From positions 1 to 64,000 of the forward strand of contig MU271303.1 in NCBI GenBank assembly GCA_021432655.1: 64,000 nt of DNA. The letters are read 5' to 3'. The stretch comes from Atractiella rhizophila (Eukaryota). Below the pieces are notes generated by a model. That model was not told where the DNA came from. It was given only the letters and a program-made list of their open reading frames with translations, and did no database searches. Both the position numbers and the translations under genes were made by a program. Of the stretch, positions 1-12,506 are shown piece after piece (within the stretch, counting starts at the first letter, position 1; the number at the start of each line of letters is the position of its first letter).

Positions 1-691
1 GTGGACCTGACGGTCGTGGACGCAGTCGTCCTCACGCTTCCAGAAGTAGAAACGGATCCAGAGGTCGTGACAGAGACGGAGGCGGAGTCAGATCCAGAAA
101 CAGCGGAGAGGGTCGCGACTCCACCGGCGGAGGAAACAGAGGCGGATTGGGTCAAACACGTGTCACTCGTTCCCTCCTGGATTGTGAGCTGGTCCGAATA
201 GTTCGTGCTCCCGTCTCCGTCCCTGATGGCGAATGTGATGGCGGTTCCTGCTGCGATGTTTACCTATCCATCCAATAAGAAACATGCAATGTCATTTTCA
301 ATAAGAAGAGAGTAAGAGGTAAGAGAAAAGACTAACGGTCCACGTGATAGAACCCGCTGCAGTTTGATCCGGAAACTGGACCAGAGCAGCAGCTGAGGGC
401 TGACCGCCAGCTGTTGCCCACATCCATCACGTCAGTGGTTGTATTTTTGAGGGAAAAGGGGAGAGGGTGACGAACGGATGACGCTGATGTAATAGGGAGC
501 CGTTCCACCACTAAAGCTGATGGCGATAGGCTGGCATTCGACAGCTGAAGAAGGAGTCTGTGTTGCCAGACACCCATGAATTAGCCATCCTGCCGTTGCA
601 GAAAATAAAAGAGATAAACGTTTATGACCAACGCATCCTGGCCGAAGACGACAGCGGGGAGAGCGAGGAGCGACGCGAGGAGAAAATACAT
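1..691 (-). CDS. Secreted Ser/Thr-rich cell-surface protein, basidiomycete TP..QC.P...SGG..PY family; multi-exon, 3' end outside window
   Basis: Manual splice of the minus strand from ATG 691: MYFLLASLLALPAVVFGQDALVIN (signal peptide), TPTSLVQ/CQP..FSGGTAPYYISVI, SITWTV, NIAAGTAITFAIRDGDGSTNYSDQLTIQEGTSDTCL, then an S/T-rich tail. Confidence 0.7.
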
Positions 692-2679
692 TCTTTCTTG
701 ATTAATGGTTAGAGATAAAGTCGTTAAGAGTGGCTTAGGGTAGTGGCGAATAATAGAGAAGTCAAGGAATGCAAAAGGACAGTCGATGATGGATATCGGA
801 TGTGCGAGCGGGAAGAGGGGCAGGAAGGAAGGTTTTTATAGCTTGCTAAAACGGGAGTCTTAGCTTGTTATAGGGCGGAGGGAAAGGGGCATCTGCGCAC
901 CTGTTATCTTGCGCCCGTAGCCCGTAGCAGATCAAGGAGTCTTGGGAAGCTTCGCTTGGTACGGGACTGATGAGAAACGGGAACGATCACAAGTGACAAC
1001 AACGCCTGCGGCGGTGGCGGTAGATTGGGAATTTTCGACTCCTACCAAATTGTCGCGGTGAGAAGTTGAGGCTGATCGCACTTGTTATAGGAACATCTGA
1101 AATTGGCTCGCGCAACGTTGGAAGGTGATATGCTACATTCATTGGACAAGTAGCCAACATGCACCGAACGAACGACGTATCGACTTATCCACATCACTTA
1201 ACTTATTGTCTATAATGCAAGAAGGGGGGAGAGTGTCGTGTGTGCGAATCATGCGAGCTCCAAACCTACGCCTACAGGTTAGCTCATGCATTTGTAACTA
1301 AAAAGAATCGAGACCACCTTTTTGCCAAAAGAAAACTAGGGAAACCTAGAGATACTTCTTCTTTGGCCCATCTACACAAATTTTTCAGATTTACACTCAG
1401 TGGATTGCAGTACAAAGGGCTGACGCTTCTGTTTCCCATTCCTGTTGTCACAGCATCAGCTTCATAATTGCTTCAAAGACAGTTAAATAGGACGGACATC
1501 CTTATTCTTATCGTGTTTACTCCCTGAAAGACCAGTACCAGCAAGGATAGGGGGGACATTGAACTCTGTTAGTGTGCCATCAACAAGTACGTAAGCTTCG
1601 ATCGAGCTGAGAATGAATACACGGACTTGTGTTCTTCCACAATCTTCGGATTCCTCTGCTCAACGCGATCAAGAGGGCGGAGAGAACAAACAAACGGAGC
1701 CTTACAAGTTCATGGCGTCTGTCTGCTCAGACACTGTGCTCGATCGATGTTCCGTCTTCACCTGCATTCCATCCTCAGTGAGGGTATACCCCGCGCTTCT
1801 TCAAGGACGCTTTGGTGTTCCTACCATCCCAGAGCGAGTCAGCACCATGTTCATAACAGCAGGCTCAAGAGGTTAAGCTAGAACCCTAGTGCTAATGATG
1901 ATCGCCTGATATTTTCAGGATTTTTGTTGCCGTGACGAATCAAGCAGCATCTCTCCTCATACCCATCTTATCCCATCATCGTTGATGAAAGAACTCACGC
2001 GATGCCCTGATTGTATGCTTGCATACCAAAGTATCCTCCAACACAAACGAGAGCAAAGAAAAGGAGCGAAACAACGATGCCTACAGCCTCCAAGAGGCTT
2101 CCCTCCTCTTCCATGTTTAATATCCTGGTATTCGCTTTGTCTGGAAAAACAAGAAAGGATTTCTGATTTATGGATATGACAGGGGAATCGTCGTTTTTAC
2201 TGTTGTTTTATACGGAGAAGAATGACCATTACGTACACTGTGCCGACTATCGGACACACACGAGATGCCGGACTCTCAGGGTCAGGTGACTTGAGTTCTT
2301 GGTGGTCTCTTGGCTGCTCCGTCACTCGCATCCAAGACTGTCAAAGCGTCACGAATAAGGCAAGATCGATGCAATAATGTCGAAGTTACAGTACTGGGGA
2401 GGTGGTCAACGCTCCATTTCAGATTCACAAGCGGCTCGCGCAGTCTGCAATTTGCAGCGTCTGGTTCTGGCACAGGCCTTCAGACATTCTCTATCCTGAT
2501 CCAAATCGATAGCATACAACTGCACGCGCCAATCCCCACAAGGCCACGCTCCATGGGGTTACAAGCTCGTCACAATAGGAGCTATTGGTCCTGTATAAAT
2601 CCCGAGACCTCCTATAATTATCAGGAGTACCGCTACAAATATCACGTCCGTCACCTGGTTCATTATCCAAGAACCCAAA

Positions 2680-4175
2680 ATGCTGTCCCACCTTGCAGCG
2701 ATCCTCCTCGCCAGCACTGTTGGAATTGCTTCTGCTTTTCCTCTGGTAACTTATGATGATGACATACTGCATTCGTTAGACAAGCGTCAGTGTGCTGCAA
2801 CGCTCAGTTTCGCCAATGTAAGTCTTTCACTCTTGCATTGAATAGGAACTCATGGACGTGATTTAGAGTGCTGCACACACAATGCAAAGCACCTACTACT
2901 ACACCACCCTCTCGATAGGTCGCTGGCGGGACGGCATCCTCTGGACAGATTCGGTTTGTCGTCTCCTGAACCTCTGTTCCGATTAGGGTCCCTGATAACA
3001 TGAACAGAACCTGCTCGAGAACCTTCACAATCTCATGCTCGGTGCAGGGAACGATGACTTTTCAGGCGTCGCGGATGAATCCTACATAGGAAGAGCAGTG
3101 AACTTGGTCATCACGGATTGGAATTCTTATATTGGGGGTTCCTATGATGACGCACAGGTTTGTTTCTTTTCACTACCATGAGCTAGGATGGAAGAAGATA
3201 ATTTCGTGTCACAGTGGCTTATCCTCGCATGTTGGAAGATTGCGGACTATAAGTATGCGAGAGGACAGGATGGAAGCAATTACATCGTACTTTTTCTTCC
3301 ACTAGCAACCTGTGCCCACATTTGACATTTGGTACGAAGACTGCAGCGCAAAAGATTTACGACATCATCGAGACTAAGTGGGACACTTCAACGTGCGCTA
3401 TGTCTTCCTTCTCTTTCATGGGACTAATCTTCTCTCATCAACAGTTGCGGTGGTGGAGGTGAGATCCTTCACTGCTTAGCATTGTAGCAAAGATATTCTA
3501 ATATGGACGGCGGAAAGTGTGGTGGTCCAGCGCAGAGGACTACAAGAACGCTGTCACGAACGAGCTCTTCCTCTACATCTCTGCAAAGGGATATCTACGT
3601 GGATTTGGGCAGAAATACTTGGATAATGCGATCAAGGAATGGAACTGGCGTTCGTCCCCTTCATTTTCTGCCGGAGAAGAAGAGCGCATGCATGGCTAAG
3701 TTTGGCCAAATGGGAACAGTCAGCGCTTCTGGGATGAGAAACAGTGATGGCTTGTACAACGATGGGCTAACATCAGACTGCAAGAACAACGGACAGGTCT
3801 GATCTCTCTTCTCCTTCTTCAACCAGAGTCTAGCTAAAGAGAACTGAAAAAGACGACGTGGATCTACAACCAAGGGGTAGTCGCCTCTGGACTCGCTGCT
3901 CTAGCAAGCGCGACCAACAACCCTTCGTTACTCGACCAAGCCGAAATCACACTGGACGCCACAATCTCGCATCTTACACAGAATGGGATCCTCAAGGAGT
4001 CGTGCGACAATGCGGCAAGTTCGACTGGGGCATGTAACAACGATCAGAAATGTTTCAAGGTCATTCTCTCCCTGTCGCGTACCCCACACAATGGGACGTG
4101 CTAAAAAGGAGCACAGGGAATCTGGATGAAGCACCTCCAGTACTACCTCGACGAAGCCAATGATCCAGCGCGAAC
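2680..4175 (+). CDS. Glycoside hydrolase family 76 (alpha-1,6-mannanase / Dfg5-Dcw1-like), secreted, multi-intron; 3' end lost in N gap
   Basis: Signal peptide MLSHLAAILLASTVGIASA. GH76 motifs across exons: GGSYDDAQW, CGGG/VWWS, YKNAVTNELF, YNDGL, TWIYNQGVVASGLA, GILKESCD, GIWMKHLQY. Confidence 0.85.
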
Positions 4176-4611
4176 NNNNNNNNNNNNNNNNNNNNNNNNN
4201 NNNNNNNNNNNNNNNNNNNNNNNNNNNNNNNNNNNNNNNNNNNNNNNNNNNNNNNNNNNNNNNNNNNNNNNNNNNNNNNNNNNNNNNNNNNNNNNNNNNN
4301 NNNNNNNNNNNNNNNNNNNNNNNNNNNNNNNNNNNNNNNNNNNNNNNNNNNNNNNNNNNNNNNNNNNNNNNNNNNNNNNNNNNNNNNNNNNNNNNNNNNN
4401 NNNNNNNNNNNNNNNNNNNNNNNNNNNNNNNNNNNNNNNNNNNNNNNNNNNNNNNNNNNNNNNNNNNNNNNNNNNNNNNNNNNNNNNNNNNNNNNNNNNN
4501 NNNNNNNNNNNNNNNNNNNNNNNNNNNNNNNNNNNNNNNNNNNNNNNNNNNNNNNNNNNNNNNNNNNNNNNNNNNNNNNNNNNNNNNNNNNNNNNNNNNN
4601 NNNNNNNNNNN
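4176..4611. other. Assembly gap (436 N)
   Basis: Run of N in the sequence. Confidence 1.
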
Positions 4612-5441
4612 CCTTGTCTCCACATTAAGCTACAATAACGCGAGATTCGTCCGCGATCTCTCTTTTCACAGCGAAAATGGACCCAAGATATTCCTACAGT
4701 TACACTCCTACGACCAGCTCACACCTATGCTAGGGTTTCAGCATGTCTCCTCAACTACCTCAGCTTTCACTTTGCTCCACTCTCGACTCCACCTCTCCCT
4801 CCTTGCTGGTGCCATTTAATACGAAGGAGAAAGTCAGTTCCCTGTCACCTTTACTACATGAAGTGGACATCCTACTTTGCTTGCCGTCTTTTTCGTAAGA
4901 GACCAAGACGGAGGGTCTCACCATGTCTTCGAGTCTTTGCTAGCTTTTGGGCATGCAGTTGCGAATCGGGTTAAAGCTGCGTAATTAATTACCTCTCCTC
5001 TCGTCGGGCTCGACTCTGTAGTGCAAGTTTTAGTTTTCGCTTCGAAAGGCGGCGAGGGTAAAGTAGCTGAAGGCGAAGGGCGGGAGGCCGACCAGGGAAG
5101 TGGAAGAGGGAGTTACGGAGACTGTTGTGCCCTCTGCTCTCCTACGCGCGCAATGCGCCGCTTAATATGTTCGTACTTAACGGTCTTCTCTGCTCTTCCC
5201 GAAACCTCTCCAAGACCTGCCATTGCGCCTCCTCCTCGAGATCAAAGTTAGCGAGCAGCGTCCGCTTCTCGGCTGCAGTGAGGGAGGGAACAGGGGCTGG
5301 TGCCGCTGAAGAATCGTCGGCTGAGTACCCTGAGTCGGAATACGCGACCATCGTTGACTTCTTGACGGGAGACTTGAGACGCTTTTTCGTGGGAGAAGGC
5401 TGGGGAGAAGTGTGGTTCATAGGCATGGATTGGAGGGCCAT
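4612..5441 (-). pseudogene. Nbl1/Borealin-like gene copy A, chimeric and truncated
   Basis: Near-identical to the copy starting at 12506 up to LLANFDLEEEAQWQVLE (~5212), then diverges and stops at 5142. Only diverged fragments follow. Confidence 0.6.
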
Positions 5442-5559
5442 GGATGAGTCGACGGGAGGCGATTTCGCTGCTCACTCAGTTTGTTGTTTCGTTGAACGCG
5501 GCACTTGATGCACGTTGATGACGGCAATGATCCTGTCACGTGCGCTCGAATGGAACATC

Positions 5560-6194
5560 TCTGCCATTCGGAGTGATATTTGATACGAAACACTCATGGC
5601 AACTCATGGGAGTAGCAGTTTCAGGATGAAACCTGAAGTGGATGAGTGAGCAGTATCACGGCCATTGAAACCCGCGTTGAAGTACTTGAAGTACCTCTGC
5701 CACTCCTTTGAACTGCCTGGAACGAGTACGCGTAATAGCACCTCGAGCATACGCTCGAGGTTAAGCCTTCGTGTACATAAGCACTAGACGTTTGGTAGTG
5801 GAGCTGGAAGGGAAAGGCGCCTTGCATTTCTCCCTTCCGAGGAACCGTGGTTCCGCGTGCCGTCTTCTCGTCACCATTCACGTTGAGATTCTTGCACGCA
5901 GGCTACACAGAGCTGACGAAATGCGTCTGTTCAAAGTGAGAACTGCTTCATCAGCCGTCTCGACGCGTAATCATCCGCGGTTGCATTTCTCGGTGCACAC
6001 TGTGCTCACCTCCAGGCGTTCACCAAGGAGAACATCGAGTTCTGTCGCATTGTCATGCTTCACGCGCTTACCAACTAGAAGAGCACAGTCCGTGCCCTCC
6101 ACTTTGCTGAAAGGTATAAAATGAGGTAGGAGGAACCGTCCCTGTCCCAGAAAGCAGTCAATTCAAACCAACACCAGAGAAATCTTCATCCGCC
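5560..6194. repeat. Conserved SDR-upstream element, copy 1 (TATA-like GGTATAAAA at ~6113; divergent small ORF on minus strand)
   Basis: Homologous blocks at ~12625-13269, 23100-23653, 29800-30400, 34490-35130, 37990-39710 and 48260-48570. Confidence 0.75.
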
Positions 6195-7117
6195 ATGTCG
6201 ACCAAAGTCTTCGTTATCACCGGTACCTCTCGCGGCATTGGGCTCGAGCTCGTCAAACAGCTATCCACAGAGTCTTCCAATCTAATCTTTGCACTGGTTC
6301 GCAACCCATCTGCGGCAGCAGCATTGGCCACCTTGGCGAGCGAGAGGAAAAACATAATTATTATTCAAGCAGATACAAGTGTGACGGCTGAGATCACGAA
6401 AGCTGTTGAACAAGTCGGAAAGGAACTGAAGGTCAGAGGTCTGAAGGGAGTCGACGTACTCATCAACAAGTAACCCTCCTCTCTCTTAAGGACACGTTCT
6501 CACATTGGCTTCTTACAGCGCCGGCATCGGTGGCCCTCGTGATTTCTGGGTCAGCCTGGCGAGCAAAGCTACTTCTTGGGAACCGGAGGACTTCCTCGAA
6601 ACCTTCCGGGTGAACGTAGTAGGGGTGGTGGAGACGACCAAGGGCTTCCTCCCTCTCCTCCGAACCGGAAATGACAAGAAAATCCTGATGGCCTCCAGCA
6701 CACTCGGGTTGATTGGCCCTGTTGGGACAGACAAAGACATCTTTGGGCCTGGGAACCTTGGAGGATCTGCTCCATACGCCGTTAGTAAAGCTGGTCAGTT
6801 TCTCCTATATTCACTAGCGAGGCCGATCTCTGATGTGAGTAGGACTAAACATGTTTTCGAGGAAGCTGGCGGCTGAGCTTAAGCCAGAAGGCTTTACAAT
6901 TATTCTGCTTCATGTGCGTGGAGTCCTCGTTATTATTTCGTCTTTTGCTCATGTAGAGGGACGATAGCCTGGCTGGGTAAAGACAGATATGGGAAGTGAG
7001 CGGGCGATGTTGACCACTGAAGAGAGCGTCAACGGGTTGGTGAAACGAATCGAGACGATTAAGCCTGAAGAATCAGGCAATTTCTGGGCACCTGGAGAAA
7101 ATTGGGAAAACTTCTGA
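6195..7117 (+). CDS. Short-chain dehydrogenase/reductase (classical SDR, C-factor/sniffer-like), copy 1, 4 exons, apparently intact
   Basis: VITGTSRGIG (TGxxxGxG), DVLINNAG across intron 1, NVVG, YAVSK (YxxxK), HPGWVKTDMG; stop TGA 7115-7117. Confidence 0.9.
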
Positions 7118-7576
7118 GGCGAGGAGACGTAATGTTGTCACCTTGAATGACTGTTTCAGGTTTAAGGCACTTTCCCCGAACATAGCGATATTCATGACTG
7201 AAGAATGAAAGAAATCAAATTATGTTCGAAGTTAAAGCTTGAAGTTCTATCGAAGCCTTGAATTCCTCAATCTGGTCTTTACACAGGGAACACAATCGAA
7301 ACGGAAAGCCTGAAACTTCAAATATCTACAAATCCTGATAGGGAAATGTGGGAAAGATGAGACAGATCTGGATAGATAGATTGCAGCCGAAGAAATCTCA
7401 AACTTAGTTACTTTCAGCTGCTCATGATCCTCTCACAGACTTATTTGAAAGCTCTAGAAGACCCTTTGGCTGTGTCAAGTCGTTTGGAACTGGACACAAG
7501 AAGAATATAACTTATGAATTGTATTGGGGTTTCGTGTACTCTGAAACAAAACAGCGCCGATTTGCAACAAAACAAA

Positions 7577-9219
7577 TCACCAGAGCCGAACTCTTCGAAC
7601 CTCAGGTTGCATTTGACTCCAGTTGGCCTTAGCAATGGGTTTGTATTCTCCCTGCAGGAAGTCTGCGTCCTCCTCGAAATCTTTTCGAGAAGCGGTAAAC
7701 TCATTGGCCGAGATTCTGAGCTCATCCACATTCTCCTGAAAGATTCTTCGGACGTGCGTTCCAGCGTCATCGGTTTTGGCGCTTTGTACCATTTCTTGAA
7801 TAGTATCGTTGACATACTTCTTCAACGCGTAAGTCATTGACCACAATCGATCTTGACTTTGACGAATATCTGCAAGCCATTTTCCCAATCTTTCCTTCGC
7901 TGATTCGTCCTGTGGAAGGCCAGTTCGGCTAAACGGAAGGGGCAAGACACGGTCATTAAAATAGGCGGAATAAGCAGTAGGTTGAAGACACCCTGTTGAA
8001 AATCAGTGCGCTCTTCAGGATTTGAGCACACGCACAAAACTGGTACCACTTTAATCCGATCCAAATGATCATTGCAGCCAATCCACGATAGTTGATCTGA
8101 ACACGTTCCAATTGGCAAGTTAAAGAATGTGCCAGAAGCTCGCTTGCCGGTCGGATAAAGGCAATAGTAGAGAGCAGCGTCCTGGAAGTTCGCGAAAAAG
8201 AATGATGGAGATGGGAAACAATACCCCTCGCATTTTCATCCGCAGGATTCTTCTCCAACAAAACATTCTCGAAGACAGTGAGAAAGTCCTTCACGAACGC
8301 TTCGTAGTCATGAAGTAGTAAAAGCAAAACAAAACGCAAGTCCTCTTGTACGACACGAACTTCTTGGGGTGAGACATGCCACGAGATTGGATAGCGGCAT
8401 TGGCCCACTTTACAGAGCGAACAAGAAACCGAAGGTCCTGATTACATCGAAATAAAATATTCGACAGGTTCACTGCGCTATCCTCTGACTGAAGGTGTGC
8501 GGGTGGCATTGGTGGATGTTCTACCTGCGATAGGTGTCAACTCTTTTTCATCGTGATTGGAGAAGACTTGCCTGCACTTCGCGTCTGTGGTGTTCCTCGC
8601 CTGCGTTAATAAATATGGAAGAACCTGAGGACACGTATCTGAACTTTGGTGAAGACTGAAGGAAATCGACAGCAAGTTTCAAAGCACGCCCGTGTAAAAG
8701 GAGATCCGGGACAGCATCTGCGTAAACCTCGCCGCAGTCCGTCCACGCTGGGGTTAAGACAAGGATCAAAGATCGTTGAAGTTGCAATCTTCCAGTTCGG
8801 AGACGTTGAAGGTCTGCTTCGATCTCCTTCCAAAAGTCAATGAGACTTTTGAGCACGTTTCGATGATCAGGAACTGTTTGGTAAGATTGTCACTGAATTC
8901 GTCTAATACTGAGCATCAGCGTCACGAGAGAGAAAGCAAATTTTCATACTAACCAAATTCCCGTCTTTTTGCCAAGTGTGCCGGTCTACGCCAAATCCAA
9001 ATATATGATGCAGCATTCAAGGAATGAAGGTATTCATCACAGTTATGGAGCAGCTTAGCGTGCAAGCTGGACAACTTTCGTGCTAGCTGCAGCTGAGAGT
9101 CAGCTGCAACAAGCAACTCATGCAGCTGAAGAGAAATGGATCTCATCCAAATACTACGAGATTCGCTGTCCCAATCACTGAGGCTTTCCTATTCCGCGAA
9201 ACCCCCTGCAAGTCCTTCG
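7577..9219 (-). pseudogene. ESIHNH-family helical protein copy 1, 5'-truncated
   Basis: Exons homologous to the intact paralogs. A Trp codon is changed to TAG near 9190 (TGG in the 20652 copy), and homology stops at 9219. Confidence 0.75.
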
Positions 9220-9384
9220 GAGCACTTGTTCTAAATCTCATGGTGCAAAAAATATTGCTCCTCAGGAAGAAGAGTTTCCAAAAAGTTGTCTGTAGGTTGT
9301 AATCTAAGGGTTCTTTAGAGCATATTTCACAGACAGATTGTCCCCAGGTTTGGCAGGCTAGTTGCGATTAGGCGACCAACACTA

Positions 9385-9962
9385 GTGGTGTCCAAAATAT
9401 CGCTGCTTTTGAGAGTCCCGAAAATATAAAAGTCAAAAGAGCGTGATATATTGGACGGCGCTTGGGATAGTCCGAAGAGGCTACCTCACTCAGCTGGAGG
9501 GACCAAAATGGTACTACGAGTTGCACAAACGTGGGGACCACGGAGTTTGCGATTTAACAGCCCAACTCTGTCCATCTCACTTTTCTACAACGTTCTGGTC
9601 AATAAAAATGTCAGACATGTTGATCACCTTGAAAACTGAAGAGCTGCAGCGCTCATCATAGCCTCAGCTTGTTGATAATAGAGAGCTGATGTGCTCATGG
9701 TTGTGGAAATGGAGAGCAGTACAAGAACTGTGAGGATTGTAGACGTGAGATTTGCATGGTTCACACGTGTTTCAAAAGTCGAAAGTGCGAAAGTGCGACG
9801 AAAGGCCCGCGAGCAGGCCTCTGGCTCGACTTTCGCACTTTTGACTTTTAGATTCTGCGGTTGCTATTTACAGGCACTTCAGACTGCGGGAACTTGGTAT
9901 TCGCGTGGCCAAAGTCGACCTTTTGCTCCGTTTCCAAAAGCCAGCGATATTTTGGACACCGC
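9385..9962. mobile_element. MITE-like element with ~28-bp terminal inverted repeats, flanked by TA
   Basis: Left end GTGGTGTCCAAAATATCGCTGCTTTTG; right end reverse complement GCGGTGTCCAAAATATCGCTGGCTTTTG. TA at 9383-9384 and 9963-9964. No transposase ORF. Confidence 0.75.
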
Positions 9963-10363
9963 TACTATATAAGCCCTATCATAGCTCATAGGCATTTTGT
10001 CACCTAGGCTCTATGGTGGTGAACCTCTATAGTGCCATAGGATGGGCCGCCCTATGGGTCATATTGCACAATGGCACTATGCCTTTGACTCACTGTCTCA
10101 TTGGTCTGTTCTCAAGCTCATACCATAAATCATTATATTGCACAACTCCAGTAATGCACATGTTGTTGTCACACTATCAAAAGGGGGGTTGTATTGTCCA
10201 CACCCACTTACCAACCGTCCAGGGGCATGGAAAAAAGACTCTATTGAAGCATTCACCACAGGCTTTGATGCCCGACTTGGTACGTTGAGCCATTGCAGTG
10301 AGTCACAGAACAAGGCTGCGAAAGATATTGACCTCCTCACACTAAGGGATTCACTTTAAAACT

Positions 10364-10458
10364 ATCCCTTGCTCTTCACATAGTACTCACCTCAATACCA
10401 TAAATGCTTCTTGTCCCCAATCCAATTACACACTTAGATAATGATGACTGGTTAAAGG
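10364..10458 (+). repeat. 95-bp direct repeat, left copy (right copy 15224-15318)
   Basis: ATCCCTTGCTCTTCACATAG...GATGACTGGTTAAAGG reads identically at both positions. Confidence 0.9.
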
Positions 10459-10459
10459 A

Positions 10460-11383
10460 AACGCTGTCACGAACGAGCTCTTCCTCTACATCTCTGCAAA
10501 GGGATATCTACGTGGATTTGGGCAGAAATACTTGGATAATGCGATCAAGGAATGGAACTGGCGTTCGTCCCCTTCATTTTCTGCCGGGGAAGAAGAGCGC
10601 ATGCATGGCTAAGTTTGGGCAATTGGGAACAGTCAGCGCTTCTGGGATGAGAAACAGTGATGGCTTATACAACGACGGTCTAACATCAGACTGCAAGAAC
10701 AACGGACAGGTCTGATCTCTCTTCTCCTTCTTCAACCAGAGTCTAGCTAAAGAGGACTGAAAAAGACGACGTGGATCTACAACCAAGGGGTAGTCGCCTC
10801 TGGACTCGCTGCTCTGGCAAGCGCGACCAACAACCCTTCATTACTCGACCAAGCCGAAATCACTCTGGACGCCACAATCTCGCATCTTACACAGAATGGG
10901 ATCCTCAAGGAGTCGTGCGACAATGCGGCCAGTTCGACTGGGGCATGTAACAACGATCAGAAATGTTTCAAGGTCATTCTCTCCCTGTCGCGTACCCCAC
11001 ACAAGGGGACGTGCTAAAAATGAGCACAGGGAATCTGGATGAAGCACCTCCAGTACTACCTCGACGAAGCCAATGATCCAGCGCGAACAGCAAAGTATTC
11101 TGGTTTCATTGGAGCGCAGGAATCGGCTATTGTGCATTATGGGACAGGAGCAGCTAACATCTGCGTGCGTGCCTCTCCTTTCTCGTCTATGTAACAAGAA
11201 CAAGACTTGATGGTCAGAAATGACAGGGATCGGTGTGGTATGCTCCCGATCAAGGTGGTAGTCAGTTCACTGTCCAAACTGCCAATGCGGGAATTGAGGG
11301 AAGCGTCGCTGCGGCTAAATGTGCGTCCTTTGCGCTTTATTCTCTAAACCAGACTAACGAAGAGCACAGATGGTCCTTGCTAA
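10460..11383 (+). pseudogene. GH76 duplicate, 3' half only (from NAVTNELF to stop)
   Basis: Near-identical to 3547-4175 and continues to TAA at 11381-11383. Lacks the signal peptide and the YDD exon. Confidence 0.8.
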
Positions 11384-11560
11384 GAAGTTACACATCGATT
11401 CGATTGTTGTAACGAAGAATTGATGTGCAAATTACAAAGAACGGTCGCAATGAACAAGAAAAGAGGAATTGAGTACATTATACAACAGGACAAGCTAAGC
11501 CGCATCCAAGAGAAGGAATCCGCTCCAAGTACCGTCGGTGCGAAACCACTCACCACTGAA

Positions 11561-12506
11561 TCATTGAATCGTCATCTTCCTCAGCCCATGTTCCACCTCC
11601 CCCACCCTCTCCTCTTCACCCGTTCCATTCCTGCCTGCTCCAGCTCCATCTCCACCGAAAATCTCGAGAAATCTCCTCTCCAAAGCCCTTCTCGTCTCTT
11701 CTGGCAATTCATGCTTGTATAATTCGCCGCGTAACGCGCGCATCCTCTCGTCTCCCGTGTTGTCAGAGGCATTGAGGGAGAAGGTGAAGGGACCAGCCGG
11801 AGGGCGGGAAGCGGAAGTCGATGAAATGGGAGCGGCGGAAAGCTTCGATTTTGACTTTGAACGTGATGTTTCTGCTCGGGCTGCTCTCGTCTCCATTAAT
11901 TAATGCGGTGAATTTGGCTAAAGCGCTGACGTACGGGTTTTCGATCGTTTCTGAGCTTCTGTACCACTCTGGGAGGCAGAACCAGAGAATGCTTTTTCTG
12001 CCGTTCGTTTCATCCTGCGCAGGTGAAGTACATCATTTCCACTGTCCCTTGACTGAAAGAGGAAGAATAACATACCGTGGTCGCTCCTCCCTCTCCACCT
12101 CAGCTCTCACCTCATTCACTTTCGACTCCATCAACCTCCTCTGTACGACTTTCGGATCGTATCCACACTCGACCAGCATCCTCACATTGACATCCTTATA
12201 GAACCCAGGTAAAAGCGACACCTTTCTCTCTAGCGCCTGCTTTGAGCGCAATAACATCGAATTGCACCTCTGTTCTAAGACCTGCCATTGCGCCTCCTCC
12301 TCGAGATCAAAGTTAGCGAGCAGCGTCCGCTTCTCGGCTGCAGTGAGGGAGGGAACAGGGGCTGGTGCCGCTGAAGAATCGTCGGCTGAGTACCCTGAGG
12401 CGGAATACGCGACCATCGTTGACTTCTTGACGGGAGACTTGAGACGCTTTTTCGTGGGAGAAGGCTGGGGAGAAGTGTGGTTCATAGGCATAGATTGGAG
12501 GGCCAT
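11561..12506 (-). CDS. Nbl1/Borealin N-terminal-domain protein (chromosomal passenger complex subunit-like), multi-exon
   Basis: EKRTLLANFDLEEEAQWQVLEQRCNSMLLRSKQALERKVSLLPGFYKDVNVRML resembles the Nbl1_Borealin_N pattern. GT donor at 12075; low-complexity C-terminal exon. Exact exon boundaries uncertain. Confidence 0.6.

Noticed and set aside
1240..2600. Short ORFs between the first two genes
   Set aside because: No motifs or paralog support; treated as intergenic.
3928..4819. Long ORFs spanning the gap
   Set aside because: Artefacts of translating Ns.
5900..6000. Hammerhead-like CTGACGA / CTGATGA and GAAA words in the upstream element
   Set aside because: Stems II and III cannot be formed in the required order on either strand.
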